A stretch of DNA of 63,741 nt, filler included, from Octopus bimaculoides (GCF_001194135.2; 4 parts of 3 records of this genome joined end to end with filler, not necessarily neighbours in it); one strand, 5' to 3'; positions 24,546 to 39,224 are shown, counted from the whole stretch's first letter. A program made the numbers and translations. Notes: generated by a model from the letters alone, not told the origin.

Positions 24546-24715
24546 CGGCGTGCTGACAGAATCGTTAGCACGCCGGGCGAAATGCTTAGCGGCATTTTGT
24601 CCACCTTGACGTTCTGAGTTCAAATTCCGCCGAGATCGACTTTGCCTTTTATCGATCTAATCGACTGGCTCCTCTCCCCAAATTTCGGTTTTTGTGCCTA
24701 TAGTATAAAGGATTA
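24543..24715 (+). mobile_element. SINE family A (internally deleted)
   Basis: Head TGACAGAATCGTTAGCACGCCGGGCG, B box GAGTTCAAATTCC. Confidence 0.85.
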
Positions 24716-25949
24716 TTATTTTTACCGAATATTGTTTGGTTTTTAGCCTCAACACATTTCAATGTATGTAGTACTTCCGTCTTAAATGATAATTTAATTA
24801 TAATTTTTCATGCAGCTGGCCTTCTAAAACGATTGCATACACAGTTAAATTACATTTCAAAATCTTCTTCAGAGCTACGAATTAATTAATTCGAGAGGAT
24901 TGACAGCAATTAAGAAAAGTGTTTTATAAAACAAGAACAGAAACAGCCTTTAGGAATAACATATCAGAAAGTAAGCTGAAAAGAATTATTGGCACGCCTT
25001 TTAAAAAAATACTGAAATATCAGTATTGTTTATCCCCACAAATACAATTAGGACAGACATCAGAAAAACATCTGCTGTCATCACTTTGAAAATATTTTCA
25101 GTGCCAGATAAAGTATTTAAGGAATCGGGTGATAGCATTTGGGTGCAAATAAATGAATTCCAACGCGGAATTAATTTGTCATACAAGATTAGTTTTGTTT
25201 AAATGGCACAAAGATAACTCAACGTTTTTTTTTTCTTAAAGAAATAAATTATTGTTTACCGACGCGAAAGAGATATTTAATGGCGCTTTGTTTGCTGGAT
25301 TGAGAAGCTGATTATAAACGCTTGCTATCAGAAGTGAAGTACAAGCAGCTACGCAGCAAAAATTAAATCCAGTATTTTAATATAGATTTAATATGATTAA
25401 GTATCTATCTCTCTCTCTCTCTCTCTCTATATATATANNNNNNNNNNNNNNNNNNNNNNNNNNNNNNNNNNNNNNNNNNNNNNNNNNNNNNNNNNNNNNN
25501 NNNNNNNNNNNNNNNNNNNNNNNNNNNNNNNGGGGGGGTATCCAATACACGTGCGTTGCGGAGATGACAGGTACTCTCTATTATTGGAAATGTAAAATTG
25601 TCACATCTGGTTTGGGAGTACAGTGTAAAAAGACGAAATGAAGACGCGAGACAAAACTGAATGAGAGATTTATGAACACTTGTGTTTTTGGCCTTCAAAT
25701 ACAAGAGCTAGCTTCGATGCAGTAAGGGTCTAGTGGAGGAATATATGTGAAGGGAGTTTAATAGATTGGTTCGTGGGGAGAGGGGGCAGGTATATGCGTA
25801 AGGAATTTTGGAGGGGGAATTTAACCCTATGGTTGTGCTCATATGCGTGTGTTCATGTGTGCATGATTTTTGATCAAAGACTTTGCTGAGGTCTCAGGAT
25901 TTGAATGTTGGAGGAGCAATGCTGGAGAACCTAGGGTATATATTCAAGA

Positions 25950-26430
25950 TAGGACCTGTTGGTGAGATAACATACACTTTCTCTCATATGGGCACAAGCT
26001 AAACATTTCGTTTGATGGAACATTTTTTTAATTAATTCTTTTGTCAGCTGTGCATAACCTGCATTTTCTGTTATTAAAATAGGGCTTGCTCTTCAGTAAT
26101 TTTTTTGCATCTGTTGTAGTAATCCGTGGTGCATTCCATCAGTGACCATGCATGTCGAACCAGAGCTGTAACATTGCGTCCCACCAGATTACTGAAGGAG
26201 GACTGATAACTGTAGAATCCGTTTCTAAAATGAACTTCTCTATCACGTCCATATACTTCAGCACGATTGGCTATTCATTGGAGCTCTTTGATATAATCTC
26301 AGAATTATATACGACTGTTTCTGTGTTGCAGTGGCCGTTAAGAAGACGTGTAGTATTTCTGCATAAGCATTCCACTACTATCTCAGGTGTATATCTACTC
26401 CTGCGCCTGGGATACCCTCCAGTTTTTTGG
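25950..26430 (-). mobile_element. Penelope-like element, GIY-YIG endonuclease 3' remnant
   Basis: Frameshifted EVHFRNGFYSYQSSFSN...NVTALVRHAWSL and KSKPYFNNRKCRLCTADK match the Penelope C-terminal pattern (F..RY..H..SF...T.LS..IW.L; KAY....KC.LC..EK). Confidence 0.7.
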
Positions 26431-27700
26431 TGAAAGTAACCATGACGCCAAAGAAATAGGCTTTAAACTAGGTTAGGGTACAGATATGAACTGAACACTC
26501 TGAGCTAATATAATATATATTATAATTTTTTTGGGTATATAGACATGTGTGTACTTGAGTGGATGGATGATGCATGCGAGTGTGCATACGTGTATGTGAG
26601 TGTACATAGGTGTATATGTATATACATATATATTTTTATATGAGTATGTGCATACGCATGTATATGTATGTTGAAATTTTTCGTGTATGAAAGCATGAGT
26701 TAATTGTAGTAATAGCTTGCATCTGTAAAAACAATTTGTATTTTAACTTTTTATTATAAATTGTGATCGTTAATTTAATTAGGGATATCTACTTTTACTT
26801 ATTCAATTGACCACTAGGCTGACTGATTTATAGATTGTTTAGCCAATTAGCTGGAAAATTAGTTGTCCGTTGAGTTAATCCACTCATTGATTAGATGCAC
26901 TTAATGGCAAACCAGCAGTCTCTAATTTAGGCCATTTACCCTAGTTATTACCTCCCCTTAACTGTAAATATTTCCCTAATTTTCCTACGGAATAAATTCG
27001 TTTCATTGTTTTACTAATTTCACATTCCTATTAAAAAAAAAAACAACAACTTTTGGACCATTTTCAACCCCAACCGTCTTACCCGCTAAATGTCCGAATA
27101 GGTTTCTCTCTTAATAATATTTCTCTATTAATAATAATTCCATAATATTTATTTTTTTAATCCAATATATATTGTCCTAAGCGTTTTAGGGCCCTTTACA
27201 ACTTACACCATTTTCCATTCATTTATTTATTTATCTTGAACTGTATAACGGTTTCAATAGATGATCTTTTGTTTTTAAATTTCAACTGACCAGTTACATC
27301 GAATGTTGAACCTTGGCCCATTTGGACAACAGGTGGAAGGGCAACTACTTGTAAATAAAAAAAAAATTGCAGTTCATCGATTAGCTCTTTATTCTGATAA
27401 ATACAATTAATTAGTACTACAAATATAATCATCATGAATTATTATGATAAATCTAAAACCTTATTGTATCTTCACCCATTTTCTGACTAATACCTATTGG
27501 CGTATCCCGGTATTATTATTTTCATTTTTTTAAATTATATATATATCCTATCACGCCACCGTACAAAGGATTAATCTACCAATTACTATTTTAAGTTTAA
27601 TCATTAACTTAACGCCCCAAAGAGATACACAAGCAAAATGGTATGATTCCAACCATATTCAACTTTTCCTTTTTCTTCTCTACGCTCTTCTTTATATATT

Positions 27701-27817
27701 CTTCACTCTGATGAAGTTCCATGTTTCAGATCGATTTTATTATCAAATATGATAAATATTATTAGCATATCAATGGTAATACCATACAACATCGGAAGCA
27801 GAAACAGCTGTTAGATA
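27701..27817 (+). ncRNA. Degenerate type-I hammerhead-like motif with an expanded stem II
   Basis: CTGATGA at 27708; stem II TTCC-ATGTT / AACAT-C-GGAA; GAAA at 27801; palindromic stem III ACAGCTGT; U at position 17. Confidence 0.5.
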
Positions 27818-28083
27818 GGATGCAGTCGATTTATATTGAATTAATAAATAATAATTTATGTTAGTCAATTGTTGTTCATCAATAATTCTCTATTTTCTGT
27901 TTTCTTTAAATTTTGATTCTTGATTAACTTATGTTTATCCTTGTCTTTACCTATAGTTTATGAACATAATATGGTTGCTTATGTATGCCCATGGTTAGAC
28001 ATAGGTAACATACTGGGAGTATAATGGATACTTCTGTCCCTTCGACGGTTATTTTTACCTCTACTTCAGCTAACCTTATATAA

Positions 28084-28118
<35 letters not shown>

Positions 28119-28162
28119 NNNNNNNNNNNNNNNNNNNNNNNNNNNNNNNNNNNNNNNNNNNN

Positions 28163-28174
28163 TTAATTAATTAA
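28163..28174. other. Assembly linker TTAATTAATTAA in a 100-bp gap
   Basis: 44 N + 12-mer + 44 N; identical structure at 60045-60056 and 62596-62607. Confidence 0.95.
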
Positions 28175-28957
28175 NNNNNNNNNNNNNNNNNNNNNNNNNN
28201 NNNNNNNNNNNNNNNNNNATATATTTATATACACACAGAACGAGTTTCCACTCGGTTTCCATCTACCAAATTCACTCAGGAAACTTATTGGCCCGAGGCT
28301 ATAATAGGAGACACTCTCCCGAGATGCCTCGCTGTGGAACTGAACCTGAAACCACGTGACTGTGAAGCTAACTCTTTAACTCCTCTACTCCACACAGGCA
28401 TGCCTGTTATATAGTTTATAATAAATTTTGTATTTAATTTTAGTCATTTTCTTCTATTTTCGTTATTGTTTTCTTTTGTTTGGTGTCACATAGGTAAAAA
28501 AATAAATGGTGCACACTTCACAACTCATTCTAAACCGTTTAACATTATGGTTAATTACAATGGTGAGTCAGACTGCTATTGGTTAAGTTAAAATAGCGGC
28601 AAGACTGAATTAGAAAATGCAGTTTCTCACTAAAAGTGTAGATGCGATTTGATAGAATAATAATTATCAAATTGCGCTGACATTTCAGTTAATTACAACT
28701 ATCTCTTCTTCAGCATCAGCCTTGAATAAACAAAAAGCGATGAACTAAGTGTTTAAGTGAATGAAAATATTAAAATGTGGTTAAGAGTTGTTTTTTTTAG
28801 TTAACGTTCAGAAGAACAATAATTATTGCTTTAGCTCCGTAGCTCTGATAACTTAAACATCTGTTACCTCTATCTGTGAATAGCATTCTTGATGCAAACA
28901 CACGTTCTGGAATCTTTAAATATTTGTTTAAGTTTACTTCCAACCACAACCAGAACG

Positions 28958-28996
<39 letters not shown>

Positions 28997-29419
28997 GCAG
29001 CAGCCTATCGCGCTGATGTTGCTCTATGGAGTCTACAACCGCTCACAGGTAGGCTATAATTTTATAACAGAGCAGCAAAGCAGAAACAAACGTAATTTCG
29101 TAGTGGTCTGCTTCAGTGAAGAATATATACAAGAAAAAGTCCTCAACATTTATTTAAGTTAGATTTTTGTGAAGAAGGAAAAATTGATATTTCAACCAGA
29201 AATCCTCAGGATTAAATGTGAAGTTCCACGCAACATGCTGTCTTATATTATTTTGTGAACCTTTGTACCAGTGTCTCTTTAACTAAGCACAACACGAGTT
29301 CTTTAATCAAAGAGAAAGGAAGTTAAAAGCATGACACTCGTGCCTATTTGAAAGGCATTAGTAGAGTAAGTGAAATAGAATATAGTCAACTAGAGACTGT
29401 AACCATAATGGTTTGACGA

Positions 29420-29625
29420 TTATCTCATTATGTAGCACGCCGGACAAAATGCTTAACGGTATTTCGTCCATCTTTACGTTCTGAGTTCAAGTTCTGCTGA
29501 GGTCGACTTTTTCTTTGGTCTTTTTGGGGTTGATGAAATAAGTACCAATTGAGTACTGGGGTTGATGCAATCGACTAGTTCCCTCTCCCAAAATTTCGGG
29601 CTTTGTACTGATAGTAAAAAGAATA
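29420..29625 (+). mobile_element. SINE family A
   Basis: Head, B box GAGTTCAAGTTCT, core GCTGAGGTCGACTTT and family tail. Confidence 0.8.
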
Positions 29626-30646
29626 CAAATCCTGATAGAGTTGATCAATAACCATCTCGTCTTTCATGTATCGAGCACAATATCATCCAGTGTGTCCTTC
29701 CTAGTGCAATTTCAGAAAAATAAGGCTTCTGTTTCTAGCGTTTGTCGTTGTCCTTCTAAAGATCAATAAACATTCATGTAAAATTTTCTACCTTTCTTTG
29801 AAATCAATATATTTCTTAAAGCGTATATGCTGTTAATGTTGCTGCTGTCTGGTGGGATTTGAACTGAGATCATAAAGACACGAAGTTAAGTATCACCAGA
29901 AATTTTGTTTAATGTTTTCAAAGATTCTGTCAAGCCAGCCTTCTCAAACAAATAATTATTATTTCTAACATTGGCTCTAAGGTCTCTAATGTCGGCATAA
30001 AGGGAATACAGTCAAGTATATCAATCTCTAATACTTGACTACTAAAAACTAAAAAGAACAGATAAAATAAAATAAAATGTAAGTTAAAGTCGATTTTTGT
30101 TAGATTTCATCTCAGGATGTAAAGGGAGATAATAAGATTCTATTTTCTCTTTTATTTATTCTTTTTTATATAATTCTCGTAGTTTTATGGTTCTATAACT
30201 ATTTCTGTTTTTCTCTGTCTTCCTGAACTTACAGCATCTCAAACCCTTAACCTTGCACATATCTCGACCATAACGTTCATGCTCCCTTTTCTTTCCAGTT
30301 CACCTCATACTCTCACCCGCTGCCACCAGCTCTCATCCATGCTTACCTTCCATACATTATAATTACTCTTACGCACCAAACAGGCACACTATCCAACACC
30401 GCTACACTTCTACTACTTACACGCCTTAACATCCCACTCGAAAAAGCCCCCCCACACACACACACACCTGATTCCCGCCTTATACTCGCCTCAACACACG
30501 CATGCACTCCTCTACGCACACGCACACCACCACTTCTTGACTCACCCCACGGAATCTCCTTCCCTCCAGGCCGCTAAATCCCCTTTTTCTCTTCTTGCAG
30601 CCAATTTTTTCTCTTTCATTGTTCTCCTTTACATTTAATCTACACG

Positions 30647-30681
30647 CTTTAGATAAAGGATAACCACTCGAAACGTCAGGG
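30647..30681 (+). ncRNA. Decayed hammerhead-like motif
   Basis: CTC-GAAACGTC-AGGG 3' half (GUC site, ACGT palindrome) retained; CUGAUGA box eroded to AGATAA. Confidence 0.3.
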
Positions 30682-31189
30682 ACATGCTAATACGACATTC
30701 ATTACTACTTATCTCTCTTAGGTTGCTGTTCATGTTCATTGTTTTTGTGTGTTTGTGTGTGCGTGTGTGTGTGTGTGCGTGCGTGCGTGTGTGCGTGTGT
30801 GTGTGTGTGCATGTGTGAGTGTGTGTGTGTGTGCGCGTGGGCGTGTGTGTATAAATGACAGTTGTCGATTATTGCAAACCCATTACTTGATTAGCGTCAT
30901 ATGCTACTAATAAATTGCAATCTTTGACTGCAGTGGGATTTGAACACGGAACATAAACGAAGGTAAGGAAATACTGCACAATAGCATTTTATTCGGTCTT
31001 CTAGTGATTCTTCCACCAATGTTGTCCTTTTCTAATGTAAATACAAGCAAGTTCAGCTTAAATAACGACGATATAGCGGTAGTTTTTGTTTTAAATTTTT
31101 AACGATGGGCAAAAACAAAATGGCTGACAGTTGAAGAAGATAACCAACCAACATACGAAGAACAGTATAAAGAGATGTTATCCTTTACA

Positions 31190-32004
31190 TGTATGTGTGT
31201 ATTTATGTTTATCAGCATATTTATTGACACACACAGACACACACACACATACACAAATGTATATGTGTGTGCGTGTGTGTGTGTGTGTATATATACCAAT
31301 AAAAACACACGCCTACATACTAATATATTTAAATGTATTTCTTTGCGTATGTTTCAACGTACGCTCATCCACACAGATATGGTCATACATACACACATAC
31401 ATACATGCATACATACATATATGTGTATGTGCACGTACATGCATTTCCGTATGTGTATGTTTATGTATTATGTATTATGTATATATATGACAATATTTAT
31501 ATATCTGCATATATATATGTATATTCGCATGTATGTAGATATATGGATATACACTTGTATGTAGGTGTATATATATATGTGTGTGTGTGTGCATGTGTGT
31601 ATGTATGCATTACATATATATATATATATATATATATANNNNNNNNNNNNNNNNNNNNNNNNNNNNNNNNNNNNNNNNNNNNNNNNNNNNNNNNNNNNNN
31701 NNNNNNNNNNNNNNNNNNNNNNNNNNNNNNNNNNNNNNNNNNNNNNNNNNNNNTATATATGCATACATACATTCATATATACAAGAATACATATTCATAC
31801 ATACATACATTCGCACACACAGACACACACAGACACACACACACATGCATATATACATAGTAATATGAGTGTTTGCATGGTGGGGGCGGCAGTGAAAGAA
31901 ACCAACTAACGACTTAAAAGGAAAATTGAAAGTAGCAAGATAAGAGCAAATAAATAAATAAAAAGTAAAAAAAATTAAGACGGATAGATTAAAGTGAAAT
32001 GCGA

Positions 32005-32055
<51 letters not shown>

Positions 32056-32090
32056 TAAGAAAGACAAAAGAAAGAAAGAAAAGCAAGTAA
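31190..32090. repeat. Compound (CA/TA/CATA)n and (GAAA)n microsatellite region
   Basis: Direct inspection. Confidence 0.9.
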
Positions 32091-32351
32091 AGGGGAAGTA
32101 ACCGTAGTCTTGTTTCTCTTTGTCGTTAAGTTTTAATATGATGAAAGTCTTGGAAAGTTTACAGAATCAACATTTAATTACATTAAAAAATAATGATAAA
32201 GAAAGGTTAGGAAGAGAAGGCCCGAAAGGAAGACGTTAATGATGATGATGGTGGTTATACTAATGATAATAATGAATGGCAGCGGCGACTATGGTGAAAT
32301 AACGATAACAAAAAGTGCCGCAATGTTGATGTTAATAATAATAAGGATGAT

Positions 32352-32405
<54 letters not shown>

Positions 32406-32409
32406 CATA

Positions 32410-32616
32410 ATGGTTTCGAATTTTGGCACAGTGCCTCTAATATTTGAAGGAAGGAGAAATGAGATTACATTGACTGCAGTGCTCAACATGTACTTATTTC
32501 ATCGGGACCGAAAGGATGAAAGGCAAAGTCGACCCCTTTGGGATTTGAGCTCAGGCGGCCGAAATGTCTCTAAGCATTTTCGTCCAGCGTGATGAGAAAT
32601 TTGTCAGCTCTACACC

Positions 32617-32620
<4 letters not shown>
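32410..32620 (-). mobile_element. SINE family A
   Basis: GGATGAAAGGCAAAGTCGACC...; flanked by (AAT)n on both sides. Confidence 0.8.
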
Positions 32621-32689
<69 letters not shown>

Positions 32690-32690
<1 letters not shown>

Positions 32691-33210
32691 GTACCAAGCA
32701 GTGGCTCTCATAGCTTCTGATCTTAATTGATTGGAAGTGTTATCATGTACATGGTTTCGTACATGATGGGCACAGCAAATATTCTGCTTAATACCATAGA
32801 TTTGCTTGTCAGTTGTTTGACCTTAACCAGTTGAGCATGTCCCTTGGTGGCTGACGATATGTGCATCTCTCATCACGAGCAGAAGTAGTGGGGGAGCATC
32901 ATGGCCATGCGTTGAGAGGAATTCTTTGGGGTTTGGATAATTCACTTTTGGAAACATGGGTGTTTCGTTCAACATCCTTAAAAGAAACCTTATTCAGAGA
33001 CCTTTTGAGCGGGATGTGCTACTCAACATGAAGAAAATTCTAACTGGGCCCCACCTGCGAGGTCATGCGCTGTTTATCTTGATATGAGATCACCATGTCG
33101 CGCACATATGGTTGTGATACATATGCTTGATGTACTTTTATCAGACGGGTAGTCATGTTGGGTATATTGAGCTACGTATATTTTAGCCCTGTGTCACTTT
33201 GATGGCATAC
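32690..33210 (-). repeat. Unclassified interspersed repeat (same family as 23990-24495)
   Basis: High similarity to the other two copies; abuts (AAT)n at 32620-32689. Confidence 0.75.
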
Positions 33211-33319
33211 ACCAGTAAAATTTCAAGTTGTAACGTTATAGGAAGAGATGCTGCTAAGCGGTTTTTTTCAACGCACTGGCGATTCTGTAGTCTCTCTAGC
33301 CAGATGATAATCGTTGTTT

Positions 33320-33540
33320 CTAATTATGGCACAAGGCCAGTAATTTTGAGTGTAGGATAAGTCGATTGCATCATGTACTAACATCACTGGTATTTTTTTT
33401 TTTATCGAACCCGAAAGGATGAATGGCAAAGGTAACTTCTGCAGTATTTGAACTCAGAACGTAAAGAAATACTGCCAAGCTTGATTTTTTTTTTTTTACT
33501 GTGTTTGCGACGCTCGAGCGATTCTGCCAGCTCACTGACT
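33320..33540 (-). mobile_element. SINE family A
   Basis: GGATGAATGGCAAAGGTAAC...GAACTCAGAACGTAAAG...TTCTGCCAGCTC. Confidence 0.75.
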
Positions 33541-34084
33541 GCTGCTGCTGCTGCCGATGATGATGATGATGACGACGACGACGATGACGACAACAACGAC
33601 TACGACGGCGATGACGATGACGAGGAGGAGGAGTGTCATCATTAGTGACAAGGACTCGATGAGTTACAGAAAATACGAAAAAAACGTAAAACAGAAGCTC
33701 ACAAATACGAGGTGCGTTGTGAGACAGATAAGTTATACTAAATCAAACGGGAATGAAAGACGTTATTCAGTACCTAATTGGACGAATTAAAACTATTTTA
33801 TACGAAGTAAATATATATAAATGTACAATAAAACACACTAATTATAACAAGATTACTATATCAAAATTAAAACATCCATTTGGGTTGATCAAAGTATCTC
33901 ACACTCCTGCCTAGCTATCATTCTCATACGTGGGTGAATGGTACTGATATAAGATAGCATTTTCTGGTCGTTTAGTGTTAACTATTGTTATTGTAGCTGT
34001 GAGTGATTCTTATTGTCTTTGCCTGTTCTGAATGGGAAGGGTGTAATTTGGAGTCTCATGGATCACTCCTGATGATGATGATGG

Positions 34085-34136
<52 letters not shown>

Positions 34137-34156
34137 GGTGGTGGTGATGGTGGTGG

Positions 34157-34195
<39 letters not shown>

Positions 34196-34619
34196 CTTGT
34201 TGATCATAACTTTTTCGTTCGGTATAGTTAAATTCATTGTTAAAATGCTAGCGGATATTTTTTGTTACTAGTATTTTATGAAGCAATTAAAATAGAATTT
34301 TAATGTGTCTTGTGGTGGGATGTATGCGAGTGTGCGTGTGTTTGTGTGTGTGTTTGTGTGCGTGTGTGTATGAAATGTGTTGCGTTCTACATTTCTGTGG
34401 AGGTGGCATGAAAAATGGCTGTAATATTCTTAGCCATTCTGTAATAATTTGGTGACGTGACGTAAAAAAGAAAACACAAACAGTGTCATTTCTTCTGTCG
34501 ACACCAATCGCGGGAAGAAATATATTAAAAGGCTATGGGTGTGAGTATTTTTCCCGGTGTGTTAACGATTCTGTCAGCTCGTTACCTTATATGAAACTGA
34601 TAATAATAATGTTTCTTTC

Positions 34620-34800
34620 TACTATAAGGACAAGGCATGAATTTTGGTGGGAGAAGACTTATCGAATACCCATTTTATCGACCCAGAAAGGATAAAAGGT
34701 AAAGTCGACCACGGCAGTATTTGAACTCAGAACGTAAAGACGGAAGAAATGCTGCTAAGCATTTTGTCCGGTGCAGTAAATATTCAGCCAGTTCGCCGCC
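34620..34800 (-). mobile_element. SINE family A
   Basis: GGTAAAGTCGACCACGGCAGTATTTGAACTCAGAACGT...CAGTTCGCC. Confidence 0.8.
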
Positions 34801-34808
34801 ATAAAGAT

Positions 34809-35190
34809 AACAAGAGCATTCAGAGAGCACAAACCTCCGCCAAGGCAACACCAACGTTCTCTCAGCAATTAGCCAGAGATGATTTTTAAAACGAGACTAT
34901 CTGAAATAAACTCAAACTGCTCTTACAAACCAGAATACTAAAAATGAACCCAACCGCTCTCGAAAATTAAAATACAAAAATGGAAAAATAATTCAGAATC
35001 CTTGTCCGGTACCGGATCGATACCAAAATCTAATCACTTCGTGCCAGTCACGAGGCCAAACATCCCTGAAAGTTTCATCCGAATCCAACCGGCGGTTCTT
35101 GAGATATCTTGAGATATCTTGTCCACGGTCAAACAAACAAACAAACACGACTGAAAACAATACCTCCACCTTCGCTAAGTCGGAGGTAAT
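34809..35190 (+). mobile_element. Non-autonomous Helentron/Helitron2-type element (HINE/DINE-1-like)
   Basis: 5' subterminal AACCTCCGCCAAGG; internal (CAAA)n; 3' hairpin TACCTCC...GGAGGTA at 35161-35188 whose end is complementary to the 5' motif. Confidence 0.65.
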
Positions 35191-35329
35191 GATGATGTTT
35201 AGGATAAAATTTATTTTACTTTCCATTGGGTGGGCGTCTGCTGAGGGGTACGCAAGGAGGAAGACGAATACAGGTCATTTTGATGGTAAATTAAAAGTAA
35301 TAAATTTTTTAATCACTCCAATTTGATTT

Positions 35330-35575
35330 CAACAAAGCAACAGACGTGTGTATGTATATGTGCATATGTACGTATGTGTGTGTTTGTTGAGAGCTGCGAT
35401 GTAAACGATGCACACACATATGTACATATATATGTCTGTCTGTGAGTGTGTGTAGGTGTACGCATGGGTGTATGCATGTGTATATATACACATATGCACA
35501 CACACATGCACACATACTTACAAACACATATATATTATACAATATGTACATATGAATGGACGTATATATGAATAT

Positions 35576-35615
<40 letters not shown>

Positions 35616-36320
35616 ATATAAATATACATATGTATATATGTTTATGTACAGCATATATTTATTGATCAATGTACATACATATATATATCTATATATATAC
35701 ATGTAAGTATGTATGTGTGTGTGTGTATATGTATGTGTGTGTGTGTTGTACTTACGTATGTATTTACATATATATACATGCATACTTACATAGATACACA
35801 CGAACACACACAATTTAAACTTAAATAAAAATGAAAAATGCAAACAAGGAACTTTGCCAATATCTTTGTTTGATGTTCCTAATGTTGAAATATTGTAAAA
35901 CTTAAACAACATTGGAATTGAGGCAAGCATCTGTGTGTGTGTGTGTGTATGTGCTTTAACATTTTTATTTGTATGTACGAATATATGCAACTGTAAGTGG
36001 TTACGTCTGTGTATGTATGTGTGTGTGTGTATGTGGAAACGTGTGTTTTTGTATGTACGAATATACGCAACTGTAAGTGGTTACGTATGTGTATGTCTGT
36101 GTATGTGTGTGTATTTGTGTGTTGATGTGTATATCTCCGTGTATGATGCTGTGTGTGTTTATGGTCATTTCACGTAAGTAAGGTTTTATTTAACGGTGTG
36201 TACATACGAATGTTTCTACGACTGCATTATATATTGCTGACGGTAATTGCTACTATGAAGTCCTTGTGTGTACGCATATGTGTATGCAAACATGAATGAA
36301 TATATATATATATATATATA
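35330..36320. repeat. Compound (TG/TA)n microsatellite region
   Basis: Direct inspection. Confidence 0.9.
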
Positions 36321-36594
36321 NNNNNNNNNNNNNNNNNNNNNNNNNNNNNNNNNNNNNNNNNNNNNNNNNNNNNNNNNNNNNNNNNNNNNNNNNNNNNNNN
36401 NNNNNNNNNNNNNNNNNNNNNNNNNNNNNNNNNNNNNNNNNNNNNNNNNNNNNNNNNNNNNNNNNNNNNNNNNNNNNNNGTCAAATAGTTTAGACCATTC
36501 CTCTTCCCTCTCCATTAACCTCTACTTCTACTCTCTTTTACTCCCTATCTCTCTCCCTCTTTCTATCTTTCTCTCTCTCTCTCTCTTAGACACA

Positions 36595-36643
<49 letters not shown>

Positions 36644-36964
36644 ACACTCTTTCTCTCTCTTTCTGTATCTTGCTCTTCCGATATGTGTTTGTTTTCGTTT
36701 ATTCGGTTTGCTTATGTAAGTTTCTCTGCTGGCCAATGCGACAGCAGCGCATTCAAGGTCTATTCAGTCATTCGTATCGATCTCTCGTTTATTTATCTCG
36801 GCCTGATATATATTTTGTCGATATCTATTGAACAAACCACCAAGTACCGGACACGAAGTGATAAGGTATAGACATATATGAAGGCAGACACGAACACACC
36901 TATAAGCACACACATGCACAAGCACGCACACCTACACTTACATTCCTACACACCTATACAGACA

Positions 36965-37060
<96 letters not shown>

Positions 37061-37389
37061 CACACACACACACTTCACTTATATTACTGCTTGATCAGGG
37101 AAGACAGAGAAAGTACATGGTCCAGTAGTTAGTTGTGGCATTCACGATTTCAAGATCGTGGTTTCGATTCTCAAACCAAGCGGTGCATTGTGCTCATGAT
37201 CAAAACACTTCATTTCAGGTTACTCCGGTATGCTCAGTTGTAAATGTGTAATTTTGTGGTGGGTTGGCGTCCTTTTCAGGAAGAGTATTGTGATATCAGT
37301 CGCGCATGCGCTGCACGAGTGCATAAACGGCCGTATGACTCCTAGGACAAAAGCGAGTCGTATCCAGGGAAGAAAGGACAGCAGTCATG

Positions 37390-37915
37390 TTTTTCTTTTG
37401 TTTTTTTTTAGCAGTCGCTGGCTACAAGGTCCTTAGACAACTGAAAACGTATGAGATACTAGAATAAAGTGGACACTTGGCAGAAGTCAATAGGTGACGA
37501 TGTACATAAAACATATAAGACTGGAGGTCATATCGGAAAGCAATTCTGCGGAAGGGAATTCCAAAGTTCAGAGGTGCGAAGGAAGAAACAGGTACTGTAA
37601 AGTGTTTTACGACACTTAGAAGGTTGCACAGTATACTGACGAGAACTGGATGCAAGTCTAGTTGATCGCTAATAAGTTCTTAAAAGAGGAACCATAGAAG
37701 AGAGCTCAGCTGAACAATGTCCATAAAAATACTTATAGAAAAGAGATAAGGAAGTCACAAGACGACAGTGAGAGAATGAATCCAATTTAGAAGATAGATC
37801 AGGACCCATAGCATTACAAATACGGCGTTGAATGCGATCCAAAATCTTTACAGCCCCAGACACTGGTAAGTGGCAAGTACCTTCAAACAAGAAGCCTGGC
37901 ATGGATGTTTGCAAC
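37390..37915 (-). mobile_element. CR1-group/Jockey-like LINE 3' end
   Basis: LDRIQRRICNAMG...SFSHCRLVTSLSLFYKYFYGHCSAEL...CFFLRTSELWNSLPQNCFP; A-rich tail near 37395-37410. Confidence 0.8.
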
Positions 37916-38140
37916 AGAGTGGACCGTTAAAGATGTTTAAAAACATTTTTCTTTCTTATTTTTTTATCATTTCGTAGGTGCATGACTAAGTGGTTAGAGC
38001 AATCACATCATCACAATCACGAAGCTACGAGATAAATAAACGTTTCATTGGGCAGAATAATCTGAACGTTACAGGGTTAAAACCTTTATACTATCATAAT
38101 AATGTGCGTCTTTAAAATATATACATAAAATATTATTGGG

Positions 38141-39200
<1,060 letters not shown>

Positions 39201-39224
39201 CATAACCCTACAATGCCCTGATGC

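Noticed and set aside
27223-27350. Minus-strand exon-like VALPPVVQMGQGSTFD
   Set aside because: Short, no homology recognised, and it lies in a region that looks like Penelope-associated terminal sequence.
28933-29048. Poly-Q exon candidate ending CAG|GTAGGC
   Set aside because: Frame openness is explained by the (CAA)n microsatellite; no other support.
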